This document shows, one piece after another, positions 37,223-46,326 of a DNA stretch of 59,463 nucleotides. The notes below the pieces were generated by a model. It searched no databases, was not told the DNA's origin, and was given only the letters and a program-made list of their open reading frames with translations. The position numbers and the translations under genes were made by a program. The DNA is from Escherichia phage Skure. How positions within the stretch are numbered: position 1 is the first letter of the stretch; each line of letters opens with the position of its first letter. The stretch lies in sequence record MK672798.1. One strand, written 5' to 3'.

Positions 37223-38131
37223 TCAATCTTTCCCGTAATAATTAGCTACTTGATAGTTTTGACAACCAACTTTCTGCCCTTGCGTATCCACTGCGGCGGA
37301 ATGGAAATTGCAATACCATGTTCCATCTTCTTTTGGTTCAAGGAATTGGCATGTGCGGCAGTTTACTTCCGGCATAGTTTTACGCCAGCATAGTGAGGAG
37401 TGATCGCACCATTTACATTCGAAGAAAGTGGAATCTTTAAATGCGCGGTCCGGAATATCTGTAGCAATAGCAATCTGCACACCACGATCAATATACATGT
37501 CCGCGGTAACAGGATCAAACGGAATAATTTCTGCGTAAACTTCATCGTCATTCTTGTTTACTGCAAGATATAACGCTGCGCCAAGACCTAGTTTTCGCAT
37601 ATACACGTTCATCTGTACATAGTGCTCAGGTTTAGCTTCTTTGACACCTTTAGCTTTCAGCTTTTTAAAAGACTTATCGTTATGCGTCTTCATTTCGGTG
37701 AGCACGGGCATCCCAGGCTGCACGTCCGGACAACCTATAACCACACCATCACAGGAACCGCCAAAGTGTCCGCCAGCTTCGCTGATACGGAACTGGTGTC
37801 CGTTTTCGTCCTGCTGGTAGACCTGCATACCTGCCGCAAGCAGCATAGCAATGAAACGGGCTTCTTCCAGATGTCCGCGGTTAAACAGTCGAAGCTGGCG
37901 TCCGTCAAACTCTTTGCGTGTAGCCCAGCGATATCCATAGAAAAGCTTGCGTGCGCATTGCTGCCCAATAAGGGAAGCGCCTAAGTGACTGCGGTTACCG
38001 CTTTCAGGGCGATAAGCGTCTTCAATTGTGGGAATGACTACGCCAAGATACTTACGGTAAGTCCCACCCTGATCTTTTTGCACACCGTCATTGATCGCTT
38101 GAAGTGTTTTTTCTGCAATATAAATAGCCAT
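37223..38131 (-). CDS. PD-(D/E)XK nuclease with C-terminal Cys cluster (Cas4/RecB-like exonuclease)
   Basis: 302 aa; C-terminal CKWCDHSSLC...CRTC...C pattern; adjacent to annealing-type ATPase and SSB-like gene. Confidence 0.55.
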   Translation of the reverse strand: MAIYIAEKTLQAINDGVQKDQGGTYRKYLGVVIPTIEDAYRPESGNRSHLGASLIGQQCARKLFYGYRWATRKEFDGRQLRLFNRGHLEEARFIAMLLAAGMQVYQQDENGHQFRISEAGGHFGGSCDGVVIGCPDVQPGMPVLTEMKTHNDKSFKKLKAKGVKEAKPEHYVQMNVYMRKLGLGAALYLAVNKNDDEVYAEIIPFDPVTADMYIDRGVQIAIATDIPDRAFKDSTFFECKWCDHSSLCWRKTMPEVNCRTCQFLEPKEDGTWYCNFHSAAVDTQGQKVGCQNYQVANYYGKD

Positions 38132-38196
38132 TGGAATACCTTAGAAAAATAAGCCGTCTTTCGACGGCTTATGGACACTACAGAGGGAGGGTTATC

Positions 38197-39081
38197 TTAC
38201 TGCTGCCACGGCGGGACTGCTGCTTGTGCCGGATGCGGTTCAGCTTGCTGCTGCGGCTGAGCTTGCTGCTGAGGTGCTGCTGCCTGGCCCGGCTGTGCTA
38301 CCTGCTGCGTCCACGGCTGCTGAGCTGCTTCCGGTGCTACTGGCTGTTGTACCGGAGCTTGCTGCACTGGCTGCTGTGGTGCTGCGTTTTGAGCAGGATT
38401 ATCCCACGGCTGCGGTGCGGCATTCTGCCACGGTTGTGCTGCTGCGCCCTGCTGTGGTGCTGGTTGCTGCACAGGCTGCTGAACTGGTTGCTGTTGCTGC
38501 ACCGGAGCTTGCTGCTGTACAGGCGCTTGCTGTTGCTGTGCAAACGGGTTAGCTGCTGGTTGCTGAGGTGCTGCGCCCGGGAAAGCTGGCTGCTGTGCTG
38601 GCGCACCTGCACCGAACGGGTTAGCTACTGCCGCTTGAGCACCCATTGCTGGAGCACCTGCTTCTTTTTCTGCATACTTAACCGGATCGTTGATGTTAGC
38701 ATAACCGTTAGGCTCGTTGCTGTCTTCATAACCTTCCTGAGAACGAACTTTCAGACGCAGGTTCAGCGGAATGTTATGCAGTTGAGCAGGAGTATCCCAG
38801 CGAATTACGCCAACCGCATGGGAAAGCGCGCCCAGTTGCTCGTATGCAATACGCACAGTATCTTCGTTGTCGTTGATAACGTTGTAACGAGCAAAGATTT
38901 TACGGCCTTTAGCAAAACCATCAATAATGCTAAACGTTACCTGGATCGCCATACCGCCATTTTTGGTCGGTTTAAATTCAGATGCTTCAATTACTGCTTT
39001 ATACCAACCTTTCGGCAATGCGCCGTAAGAAGGTGCTTGATAGCTGCTCGCGTCAAAGTGGAAATTAGTTGGCATAGTCAT
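38197..39081 (-). CDS. putative ssDNA-binding protein with long Gln/Pro/Ala-rich low-complexity C-terminal tail
   Basis: 294 aa; globular N-terminal half then QQPV/QQAP repeats; position between Sak4-like ATPase and nuclease. Confidence 0.4.
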   Translation of the reverse strand: MTMPTNFHFDASSYQAPSYGALPKGWYKAVIEASEFKPTKNGGMAIQVTFSIIDGFAKGRKIFARYNVINDNEDTVRIAYEQLGALSHAVGVIRWDTPAQLHNIPLNLRLKVRSQEGYEDSNEPNGYANINDPVKYAEKEAGAPAMGAQAAVANPFGAGAPAQQPAFPGAAPQQPAANPFAQQQQAPVQQQAPVQQQQPVQQPVQQPAPQQGAAAQPWQNAAPQPWDNPAQNAAPQQPVQQAPVQQPVAPEAAQQPWTQQVAQPGQAAAPQQQAQPQQQAEPHPAQAAVPPWQQ

Positions 39082-39809
39082 TAGTTGATACCTTTCATTT
39101 TGTTGATAACAGAACCTAAGTGTGGGACTTCAACCGCATCTAAACGTCCCGAACGATCCTTAGCGATTGTATTAAAGTCCGGTTGAGTTTGCAAGTAACG
39201 ATACGAGTTACCTTGCTGATCCTTATTTACATTCAGACGAAATACTTCGTCGAAGAAGTAAGGGAGCATTTGCCCCAATTTGGACCCAGGCATAGATGGA
39301 GCATACGCGGTAACACCGGAGACTTCATCTTTGTCTTTGCCCATTTTAGCAGACATATAAACATGTTTGCCAGGAATATCGCGAAACTTACGGATCAGAT
39401 CTTGCATCTTTTCAAGCAAAGTACCATAAGCTTGACGAGGATCTTTCGTTCCCTTTTTTGCGTTGTTTAAACATTGTTCAGCAATTTCGCTCAAGCTGTC
39501 AAGTGCAATAGAATCGAAATACTGCTGGTTAGCTGGAGTTACACACCACTGATAAGCCGCTTCAACGTCTTCCAGACATTTCACTTCAATTACCGGAATA
39601 TCGTAGACGATGGGCAAACCCATGTTACCATAAACACGGTTAAGGTTTTCCGCTGCAATAGACAACAGACCGGATTCTGCGCTGATTAAAATTGGTTTAG
39701 GTAGTGTGGCTACAAGGCTGGTTTTACCCATACCTGCTTCACCGTAAACCAGAATTTTAACACCTGTGTCCTGCACAACTTGTGAAGACATTTTAATTTC
39801 AATGGCCAT
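39081..39809 (-). CDS. RecA-core ATPase, Sak4-like recombination protein (putative)
   Basis: 242 aa; Walker A GEAGMGKTS; AGAGAGG RBS; recombination module context. Confidence 0.45.
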   Translation of the reverse strand: MAIEIKMSSQVVQDTGVKILVYGEAGMGKTSLVATLPKPILISAESGLLSIAAENLNRVYGNMGLPIVYDIPVIEVKCLEDVEAAYQWCVTPANQQYFDSIALDSLSEIAEQCLNNAKKGTKDPRQAYGTLLEKMQDLIRKFRDIPGKHVYMSAKMGKDKDEVSGVTAYAPSMPGSKLGQMLPYFFDEVFRLNVNKDQQGNSYRYLQTQPDFNTIAKDRSGRLDAVEVPHLGSVINKMKGIN

Positions 39810-39874
39810 TTAACGCCTCTCTTTTAAGTTCGCGCTCATTGTAACGTAATATACTTTGAACCCTCAATTACTTT

Positions 39875-40789
39875 TTAATCTAAAGCCTGATCACTTTCAT
39901 CGCGGAAATGCATAAAGTTTGCAAAACGCGGTTTATCTTTCACGCCATGAGGGAAGTGTTTATATGAAATAGTCCGACCTTTAATTTTGTCAGGGTTATT
40001 CCAATAATAAATCTTATCCTCTTGCGTTAGTTTACCAGGACTAACGTTGATTGTATTGCCCGTCTTAACGTCTTTACAAACCAACGTCCCGATCATACCG
40101 TTAGGAACTTTATTTTCCTGATGTGAAGATCGTGTAGTCCTTCCCAGCTCGTTAACAGTAGCTTCATTAAGATTAGTTTCACCCTCAATAATATCAAGGA
40201 CAATAGCATCTTCCTGAATAAAGCGTTTAATACGAAGATATCCACCTTCACGAACTGTGCCGCGCCCATGTTTATAAGGCTTGTCAGGATCACGGATAAT
40301 AATACCTTCATAACCCATATCAAGCCAGATGTTTTCCCAGTAGAGCAACTCTTCTAAAGACTTAACCACATACATTGGCACAACTTGCAGGTCGAGCAAT
40401 TCACCTTTCGCGTGCTGTGTGGTTATAAAATCTTTCATCATGTTGTAGCGGGCTTCATAGCCCAGCTCTGCAACACTCTCAGCGCACAGATCAAAGATGT
40501 GCCATTTCAGGAACGGTTCACCTTCAATTGTGTTTACCGCACTGGTTGTTTTACGACACAGGTCTGGATCTGTTTCCACCCCTGCCGCAAGCTCACCGTC
40601 ATAGCCCATGTATTGAGAACCGCTGAAAATTGCGCTGGTATGGCGGTTTTTAAACAGCTTTAAGCTTCGCCCTACTATCCGCCCGTCCGGATTTAAACCG
40701 CGCACACCGTCGATTTTAGGCAGTATACAGCACGGAAACTTAATCTTTTCTTCAACCGCGTCAGTCGCTAAATGTGGCTTGAATGCCAT
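39875..40789 (-). CDS. ATP-dependent DNA ligase
   Basis: 304 aa; adenylation motif I KIDGVRG; later motifs EGIIIR and LRIKR. Confidence 0.7.
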   Translation of the reverse strand: MAFKPHLATDAVEEKIKFPCCILPKIDGVRGLNPDGRIVGRSLKLFKNRHTSAIFSGSQYMGYDGELAAGVETDPDLCRKTTSAVNTIEGEPFLKWHIFDLCAESVAELGYEARYNMMKDFITTQHAKGELLDLQVVPMYVVKSLEELLYWENIWLDMGYEGIIIRDPDKPYKHGRGTVREGGYLRIKRFIQEDAIVLDIIEGETNLNEATVNELGRTTRSSHQENKVPNGMIGTLVCKDVKTGNTINVSPGKLTQEDKIYYWNNPDKIKGRTISYKHFPHGVKDKPRFANFMHFRDESDQALD

Positions 40790-40798
40790 ATGTCCTCC

Positions 40799-41452
40799 TT
40801 ACATTTCATAGTCAAAGTCTGACCAGTCTGAGCGAGTTGTAATTGAATTTACGCCCATACCTTTACCCATAGAACGCCGCCAAACGGTTGCAGCTTTTTG
40901 AGCTTTCTCTTTCATACGAGTATTGCGACGTAAATGTCCGCTGCCCTTTTTAGGTCTATTTTCCTTTTTCTTTGCTTTGGAAATAAGCTCTTTGCATTCC
41001 TGCAAACGGATTTTGCTTCTTTCCAATCGCATAGCAGAACGCGCACGTTCATCGCAGAATCTTTGTGCTTTACTACGTTGGTCTTGCGTGCTCGTATGAC
41101 CTTTAACGTGGCGGAACTCAATAGTTAGATTATATTTACGCAATTGATCGTTCAACCATTTGAAAGCTACACCTTCCTGTTCACTTTTCCAGCTTGCTTC
41201 TTTATACACTTTAATAGCTGTTGAACAATCTGTTTGCACAATTAAATGATCGCCCGGATGGATTAATTTAGCCTTCATTCCCTCCCAAATAACATTACAG
41301 ATTGCCATTGTTTCAGCTGCATTATTATCAGGAGCTCCGCGTAACGGTCCACCGTTAGCGTTATTTCCACGGTTGCACACTACCCATCCACCGTATCCCG
41401 CAGCTTTTGTATTTGGACAAAAACTTGCATCAGATATAATTGTTACTCTCAT
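40799..41452 (-). CDS. ribonuclease H
   Basis: 217 aa; catalytic-motif equivalents IISDAS, AETMAI, VQTDCS, HVKGH, CDERA match RNase HI D-E-D-H-D; basic C-terminal tail. Confidence 0.7.
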   Translation of the reverse strand: MRVTIISDASFCPNTKAAGYGGWVVCNRGNNANGGPLRGAPDNNAAETMAICNVIWEGMKAKLIHPGDHLIVQTDCSTAIKVYKEASWKSEQEGVAFKWLNDQLRKYNLTIEFRHVKGHTSTQDQRSKAQRFCDERARSAMRLERSKIRLQECKELISKAKKKENRPKKGSGHLRRNTRMKEKAQKAATVWRRSMGKGMGVNSITTRSDWSDFDYEM

Positions 41453-41493
41453 TGTTTATCCTTAATAAAAAGGGGTCTGTTGACCCCTTATAG

Positions 41494-41724
41494 TTATGCA
41501 GGAATGGATTCTTCCGGTGCTTCCGGAATAACAATCTCGATCTCTTCCTCATTCTGGAAGGTTAGTCGAAACCCGTCTCCTGGACGCCCGAAAGCAAAGG
41601 TAAGGGCTATCGTATTATCCTGCTCGTAATGACAGATACTTTCTACTTTCATTTCGTTACCGTAAAAGTCACGGTAAATCATTCCAGGTAGCGCATCGGT
41701 CGCTTTGATCTTTCTTACAGCCAT
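41494..41724 (-). CDS. hypothetical protein
   Basis: 76 aa ORF. Confidence 0.4.
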   Translation of the reverse strand: MAVRKIKATDALPGMIYRDFYGNEMKVESICHYEQDNTIALTFAFGRPGDGFRLTFQNEEEIEIVIPEAPEESIPA

Positions 41725-41735
41725 TATTCCCCCGT

Positions 41736-42527
41736 TTACAGTTTGTCTTTGAACTCTTCGATATATTGCTCGATCGGATACTGCTTACGCTTGAAACGAT
41801 CAAACAAGATTTTAGCAGATTCTACGTCTTCGTCGCTCTCTTTACTTGCGCCCGGTGCCATAAAATCACGCCATGTAAAACCGTTCAGATTATGCATCTT
41901 AGCGATGTGTTTATTGTAACGACTTTCCCAGTCCACGCGCGGACCTTCCATCTTGCGCAAACCGCGTCCAAGAACTTGCACATATACATCTTTCTGACGT
42001 TGTACAGCTTCACCATTATAAGGTCCGGTTTTAAACTCAACAACACTACCGTTAAGATCTGCACCATCCGCAAAGTTGTGTAGCATAGTTTCAATGACGT
42101 CATTCAATGTTGGAACCGTCACTTTGCCCTGGGCAATACCTGCCAAATAACCGACGTTTTCTTCACCGTACAACTCGATCAGTTCTTTCTTGGTCGCTTC
42201 TGCTTCTTTGTTTGCGGACAAAGCCAACATCTGTTGTTCGAACATGTGCTCCTGTTCCAGGAAGTGCGTATATCGCTCTTCATCCACTTTACAGACAATC
42301 CATTTGTATTCAACATCCTTGCTGAAGTCCGGATACTGATCTACTTCTACTACTTCCGTAGTAAAGAACTTGCCGTTATATTGAATAACAACTGTATCGC
42401 CCGGCTGCAATTCGTCACTTTCCAGAGCACGGTAGGTATAAAGACGACCACCTGCTTCAAACTTAACTTTGACAGTTACAACGCCTTTTAACAGAGCATG
42501 ATAAGCTTTCTGAAATTCTTTACGCAT
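41736..42527 (-). CDS. hypothetical protein
   Basis: 263 aa ORF. Confidence 0.5.
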   Translation of the reverse strand: MRKEFQKAYHALLKGVVTVKVKFEAGGRLYTYRALESDELQPGDTVVIQYNGKFFTTEVVEVDQYPDFSKDVEYKWIVCKVDEERYTHFLEQEHMFEQQMLALSANKEAEATKKELIELYGEENVGYLAGIAQGKVTVPTLNDVIETMLHNFADGADLNGSVVEFKTGPYNGEAVQRQKDVYVQVLGRGLRKMEGPRVDWESRYNKHIAKMHNLNGFTWRDFMAPGASKESDEDVESAKILFDRFKRKQYPIEQYIEEFKDKL

Positions 42528-42568
42528 TTTAGTTTCCTCTTGGGCGGATTGACCGCCCGTTAATGTGG

Positions 42569-42979
42569 TTAGGCTTTATTTGGCACAATTTCCAGAGACG
42601 CGGAACCAACTTTCGATTCAACGCACTGGTTAAAGACTGCGGCTTGCTCCGCTGTAAGTTTACGCCAAGCCGCAACTTTCAACACAGGTTTATTTTCCAC
42701 AAGCTGATCAACGTTAACACCAACTTTAATTAGATCGCCCAGGATTCCGTTGAGGCTTGGAAGATCAATCTTGCGATCAATCTTGTGAGTCATTTTCATA
42801 ACCCCGCCAGTGATTTCAACTTTATTAGTCCCTTCAGATGGAGCAGGGAAATAGGACTTAATAATCTTTTCGCGTAGTGCTCGCTCGCGAGCTTGAAGCT
42901 TTTGTAATTCTGCTTTGGTTTTATACCACTCAATTACATCTGCTTCTGTTGCTTGTACTGCTTTATCTGCGTCGAACAT
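42569..42979 (-). CDS. hypothetical protein
   Basis: Start placed at internal ATG (MFDADKAV) with GAGGAT RBS. Confidence 0.4.
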   Translation of the reverse strand: MFDADKAVQATEADVIEWYKTKAELQKLQARERALREKIIKSYFPAPSEGTNKVEITGGVMKMTHKIDRKIDLPSLNGILGDLIKVGVNVDQLVENKPVLKVAAWRKLTAEQAAVFNQCVESKVGSASLEIVPNKA

Positions 42980-43220
42980 TTTTCTATCCTCTGTTGTGTT
43001 TCGATGTATGTATAATAGCACATCCATGTGACAGGGCAAGACTCAATTCGTATCAATTAATCTTTTTAAACGGATTTGTAATCTAGCAACCTTCCTCCAT
43101 TCAGCATCCTCCATTAAGGGTGAAGGCTTATACGCTTCGGGTATCGGACAAGGTATATAGGGTTCCATGTCAGATATTACTTGCTTTGATAACTTTTTCT
43201 TCCGTTTACCCATAAATAGC

Positions 43221-43877
43221 CTATTTCAAATAGCGGGAAGTCATGATTGGATGCAAAGACACTTCTTCCTCAGATGTAACCACATCAGTGGCAGGTACAA
43301 AGTTGTTTGACTGCTCGTCTCCAACTTTCCACCCTTTGCCGTTACCCTTTTTAAGTTCTCCCGTACCAGTGGACCCAAAGCCATTAACACCGCGCTCAGT
43401 GGTCTTAAGCTCGTCCACTTCTACCAGTTGCACGCTGGGCAGCTTAATAAGCATAGCTTGCGCAATGCGATCACCATGATTGACAGTAAAATTACCATCG
43501 TTATCAATAGTAATCTTAACCTTAAGTTCCCCAGTGTAGTCGCTATCAATGACGCCCACGCAGTTTGCCAGACGCACGTCGTTTTTGAATCCGTGTCCGC
43601 TACGGGAATACACCATAAGCGCGTGACCTTCAGGAATATCAAACGCCAATCCTGTGCGGAATATGTGCTCGTAAGAGAAAATAATTTGCTCACATCCATC
43701 TTCACTCTTAAGATCCGCGTGCAGGTCAAAGCAAGCTGCCCCCGCACTGGCAAACGATGGAAGAATTGCGCTGTCTGTTAAGCGTTTCACCCCGAGAAGA
43801 GTTGGCGCAAAGGATGCAGCAGTTACGCTACAATTAGTTATAGAAATAGTGTGCATATTATTTAATACGTCCGTCAT
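43221..43877 (-). CDS. dut: dUTP diphosphatase
   Basis: 218 aa; dUTPase motif 3 GVIDSDYTGE and motif 5 ERGVNGFGSTG; AAGGTG RBS. Confidence 0.85.
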   Translation of the reverse strand: MTDVLNNMHTISITNCSVTAASFAPTLLGVKRLTDSAILPSFASAGAACFDLHADLKSEDGCEQIIFSYEHIFRTGLAFDIPEGHALMVYSRSGHGFKNDVRLANCVGVIDSDYTGELKVKITIDNDGNFTVNHGDRIAQAMLIKLPSVQLVEVDELKTTERGVNGFGSTGTGELKKGNGKGWKVGDEQSNNFVPATDVVTSEEEVSLHPIMTSRYLK

Positions 43878-43909
43878 AATTTCACCTTATTGGATTGAAC
43901 CGCGATCAA

Positions 43910-44431
43910 TTAACCATTGTTGGAAAATTCACCGTGCAAAATTGCACGCATTTCCTTCAGCCATTGTGTCGCTTTATTTTTACCTTCATCATTAAATGGA
44001 AAATACCTATAATAGTTTTTACCATTCAGTCGAATCTGCGCTAACCAACTATTGCTGGTTTTAGATTTGTTATGTGTAAGACCTTTAACCCCGCTTGAAT
44101 TGTTACTGTATTTAAATCTATTATGTGCGTTCTGACTAGAATCGCAAGCCCTCAAATTGTATTGAGCATTATTCAGTTTATTGCAGTCGTCATGATCAAT
44201 TTCTTCAGGTTCTTCATCATAGAGCATTTTCCAGATTATGCGGTGGACAAAATATGAAATGCCATCAATCTTTGTTCTAAGATGACCAGTTGTATGAACC
44301 CATCCAACGCAAGATCCCTTTGGAGCTCTGTTGCTTCTATGGATCTTCCATGTTAATGCACCCGTCGACGGATCATAGTCAAATAGCTCCAGAAGCTGCT
44401 CTTGTGTAAGGTGTATAGGCTTCGCTTTCAT
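43910..44431 (-). CDS. HNH homing endonuclease with AP2-type DNA-binding domain
   Basis: 173 aa; HRIIW...EIDHDDCNKLNNAQYNLRACDSSQNAHN (HNH) followed by SGVKGLTHNKSKTSNSWLAQIRLNGKNYYRYF (AP2-like). Confidence 0.75.
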   Translation of the reverse strand: MKAKPIHLTQEQLLELFDYDPSTGALTWKIHRSNRAPKGSCVGWVHTTGHLRTKIDGISYFVHRIIWKMLYDEEPEEIDHDDCNKLNNAQYNLRACDSSQNAHNRFKYSNNSSGVKGLTHNKSKTSNSWLAQIRLNGKNYYRYFPFNDEGKNKATQWLKEMRAILHGEFSNNG

Positions 44432-44898
44432 GACATGAGTGAACCCCTCTCAATCAAGTAGCATTTCGCGTGCGCTTTAAAAATAATGCGGTAGTCATCA
44501 AGACTAATTTCCGCGCGGATGGAATCTTTAACTTCATACCACTGCCATTCACCATTACTGAAGACAACCGGATTAAGTGGTAGAACAACCTTCCATCCTT
44601 TACGTTCTATTTTATACATCAGAACTGGATATCTGCCAAGCTCTTTAGCAGATTGAACAGTCTGCTTCCACCATGTGTTTACTTGTGGTGTAGCATGGTT
44701 TTTTACTTCAACTGCATGGTGACATGTATTGCTAATGTCGCAACCACCGACCGCACTTTGATTCTGGTTACGCTGAGCAATAGGTTTTTCCGGTAACTGC
44801 ATCCCCAGCTCTGCGTAGATTTCGGCATAAATTGCATTAAAGAAATCACATACTTCCCGCTCACCGCGTTGACCTTTAGCGCGAATATTTACTGCCAT
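44428..44898 (-). CDS. PD-(D/E)XK nuclease, possible Holliday-junction resolvase-like
   Basis: Start at ATG 44898 (GGAGA RBS); KGQRGEREV...GGCDIS...VEVK pattern; function guessed. Confidence 0.4.
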   Translation of the reverse strand: MAVNIRAKGQRGEREVCDFFNAIYAEIYAELGMQLPEKPIAQRNQNQSAVGGCDISNTCHHAVEVKNHATPQVNTWWKQTVQSAKELGRYPVLMYKIERKGWKVVLPLNPVVFSNGEWQWYEVKDSIRAEISLDDYRIIFKAHAKCYLIERGSLMS

Positions 44899-44938
44899 GT
44901 TTGTCTCCATAACTTTAATGTAAAACACTTCATAAAGA

Positions 44939-44967
44939 ATTTTATATTGAAGTTCTGTTGATCTCAA
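44939..44967 (-). promoter_or_regulatory. sigma70-like promoter (- strand): -35 TTGAGA, 17-nt spacer, -10 TAAAAT
   Basis: Hexamers read on - strand at 44967-44962 and 44944-44939; lies between terminator and the 44898 start codon. Confidence 0.4.
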
Positions 44968-44969
44968 GG

Positions 44970-45003
44970 AACAAAAAAGCCCAGGCATAAGGATTCCTGG
45001 GCT
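44970..45003 (-). terminator. rho-independent terminator (- strand)
   Basis: Plus-strand AGCCCAGG-(10 nt)-CCTGGGCT; on - strand followed by TTTTTTGT. Confidence 0.5.
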
Positions 45004-45315
45004 CTCTTGATTGTCGGATAGCTTACTTTGACTGCCGTCTTCGTCTATCCTGGCCTACTTGTACAGCCTCGCCAAAGGCTGGTGACGGTTTGGTACATCT
45101 GGCGCCGTCGCGTTAAACATCGTTCACATCGTTCAGTAAGTTGCGGGTTTACCCTGTCCGCTCCAGGAAGCCCAGCGAAAGTAGTTGCTGTAAGGAGGTA
45201 CAGCTACCGCTTTCAAGGGCTTGAGTTAAGCATCGTTCACTAAGTTAATGTTGTTAAATTGTTAAACCTCGTTAACTGTGGTTATCTTAAAGGATGCAGT
45301 CTTGAATGGCAAGCT

Positions 45316-45633
45316 TCAATTTTGCGCGGTTCCCTTTGCCGCTTTTGGTGCTAAAGTACCATCATTTAACATCAACTCAAAACCTGTTACTTGATCGGTT
45401 GGAACAATAGGGTAATTCATAATAGCCATGTGAATACAATGTCCACCGTCACATTCCTCGATGTATTCATTACCCCAATAGTATAAATGCCCATCTCTTC
45501 GAATATCCATTGCCGTTGGGAAATCTACAAGAATTCTTTTAATTTCTTTTCGTCCTTCTTTATGCAGATTAGTTTCAATACGGATAAGCTCCGCATAAAT
45601 TGCTTCACAGATAGTGTTTACAATTCCCATCAT
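45316..45633 (-). CDS. hypothetical protein
   Basis: 105 aa, Cys/His-containing. Confidence 0.4.
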   Translation of the reverse strand: MMGIVNTICEAIYAELIRIETNLHKEGRKEIKRILVDFPTAMDIRRDGHLYYWGNEYIEECDGGHCIHMAIMNYPIVPTDQVTGFELMLNDGTLAPKAAKGTAQN

Positions 45634-45827
45634 TTACCCCTTAAGTTTTGAATCATTCTGTCGCAGGCAGCTTTTACAGAAGAGTTTTGCCAGTCTTCCT
45701 CGATTTGTGAAGGTTCTTCAGGTGAATAAGCAGCACTAATTAAGCACTGATTATAACCTTCAATATAAGCCTGCTTTGCGGTATCTATTATTGCTTGTAA
45801 AGCAATATTGAATAATTGTTGAGACAT
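45630..45827 (-). CDS. hypothetical protein
   Basis: Start at internal ATG (MSQQLFNIAL) with GAGGTG RBS; about 65 aa. Confidence 0.35.
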   Translation of the reverse strand: MSQQLFNIALQAIIDTAKQAYIEGYNQCLISAAYSPEEPSQIEEDWQNSSVKAACDRMIQNLRGK

Positions 45828-46068
45828 TTTACACCTCACAGAATATACATAAACCAGAAATAACCAGCTACGAAAATAGCACCCGCAAATAATTTTAAAA
45901 GCTCGAACATTGTCCCCTCCGTTAACTTTATGCTGTAAGTATAGCAAGACTTACGATGTATGCAACAACTTTAGACTTGAAATACATCTATGAAATAGCA
46001 CGATTTGCCTTTACCTCTGATCCGTCTAGCTGTACTATTAACCCATAAACAGAGCGGAGGATTACAAA

Positions 46069-46293
46069 ATGGTCATGCTGAATAAAGTATATAGCACAAT
46101 GGGCGCGGATTATAAAGTTGTACGTCACCCGCGTACTGGTAAATTTGAAGCATACATCCGTCCAATGGGTGAAGGTTGGATGTATTACGGTACTTATGAT
46201 GACGCTGAGAAAGCTTATGAAGAAGCGGAAAGTGCGGCGGAAGCATCCGAAATTATGGCAAGGTACGACGTCGACGATTACTATTTCAACTAA
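46069..46293 (+). CDS. small acidic protein on opposite strand (moron-like)
   Basis: 74 aa; GGAGG RBS 7 nt upstream; followed by intrinsic terminator; antisense ORF 45988-46296 looks non-protein-like. Confidence 0.4.
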   Translation: MVMLNKVYSTMGADYKVVRHPRTGKFEAYIRPMGEGWMYYGTYDDAEKAYEEAESAAEASEIMARYDVDDYYFN

Positions 46294-46297
46294 CAAT

Positions 46298-46326
46298 AAA
46301 GGGCCGAAAGGCCCTTTATTTATTTG
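46298..46326. terminator. bidirectional terminator between primase gene (-) and small + strand gene
   Basis: AAAGGGCC-gaaa-GGCCCTTT followed by ATTTATTT on + strand. Confidence 0.6.

Noticed and set aside
38131-39084. 317 aa + strand ORF
   Set aside because: Antisense to the Q/P/A-rich gene; reverse complement of CAG/CAA/GCA-rich codons gives Leu/Cys/Arg-rich nonsense
45028-45243. 71 aa + strand ORF in the GC-richer intergenic island
   Set aside because: Arg-rich, no RBS, opposite to local transcription; region treated as noncoding
45988-46296. 102 aa - strand ORF
   Set aside because: Overlaps the + strand 74 aa gene that has a GGAGG RBS and terminator; the - strand translation is hydrophobic noise with no RBS
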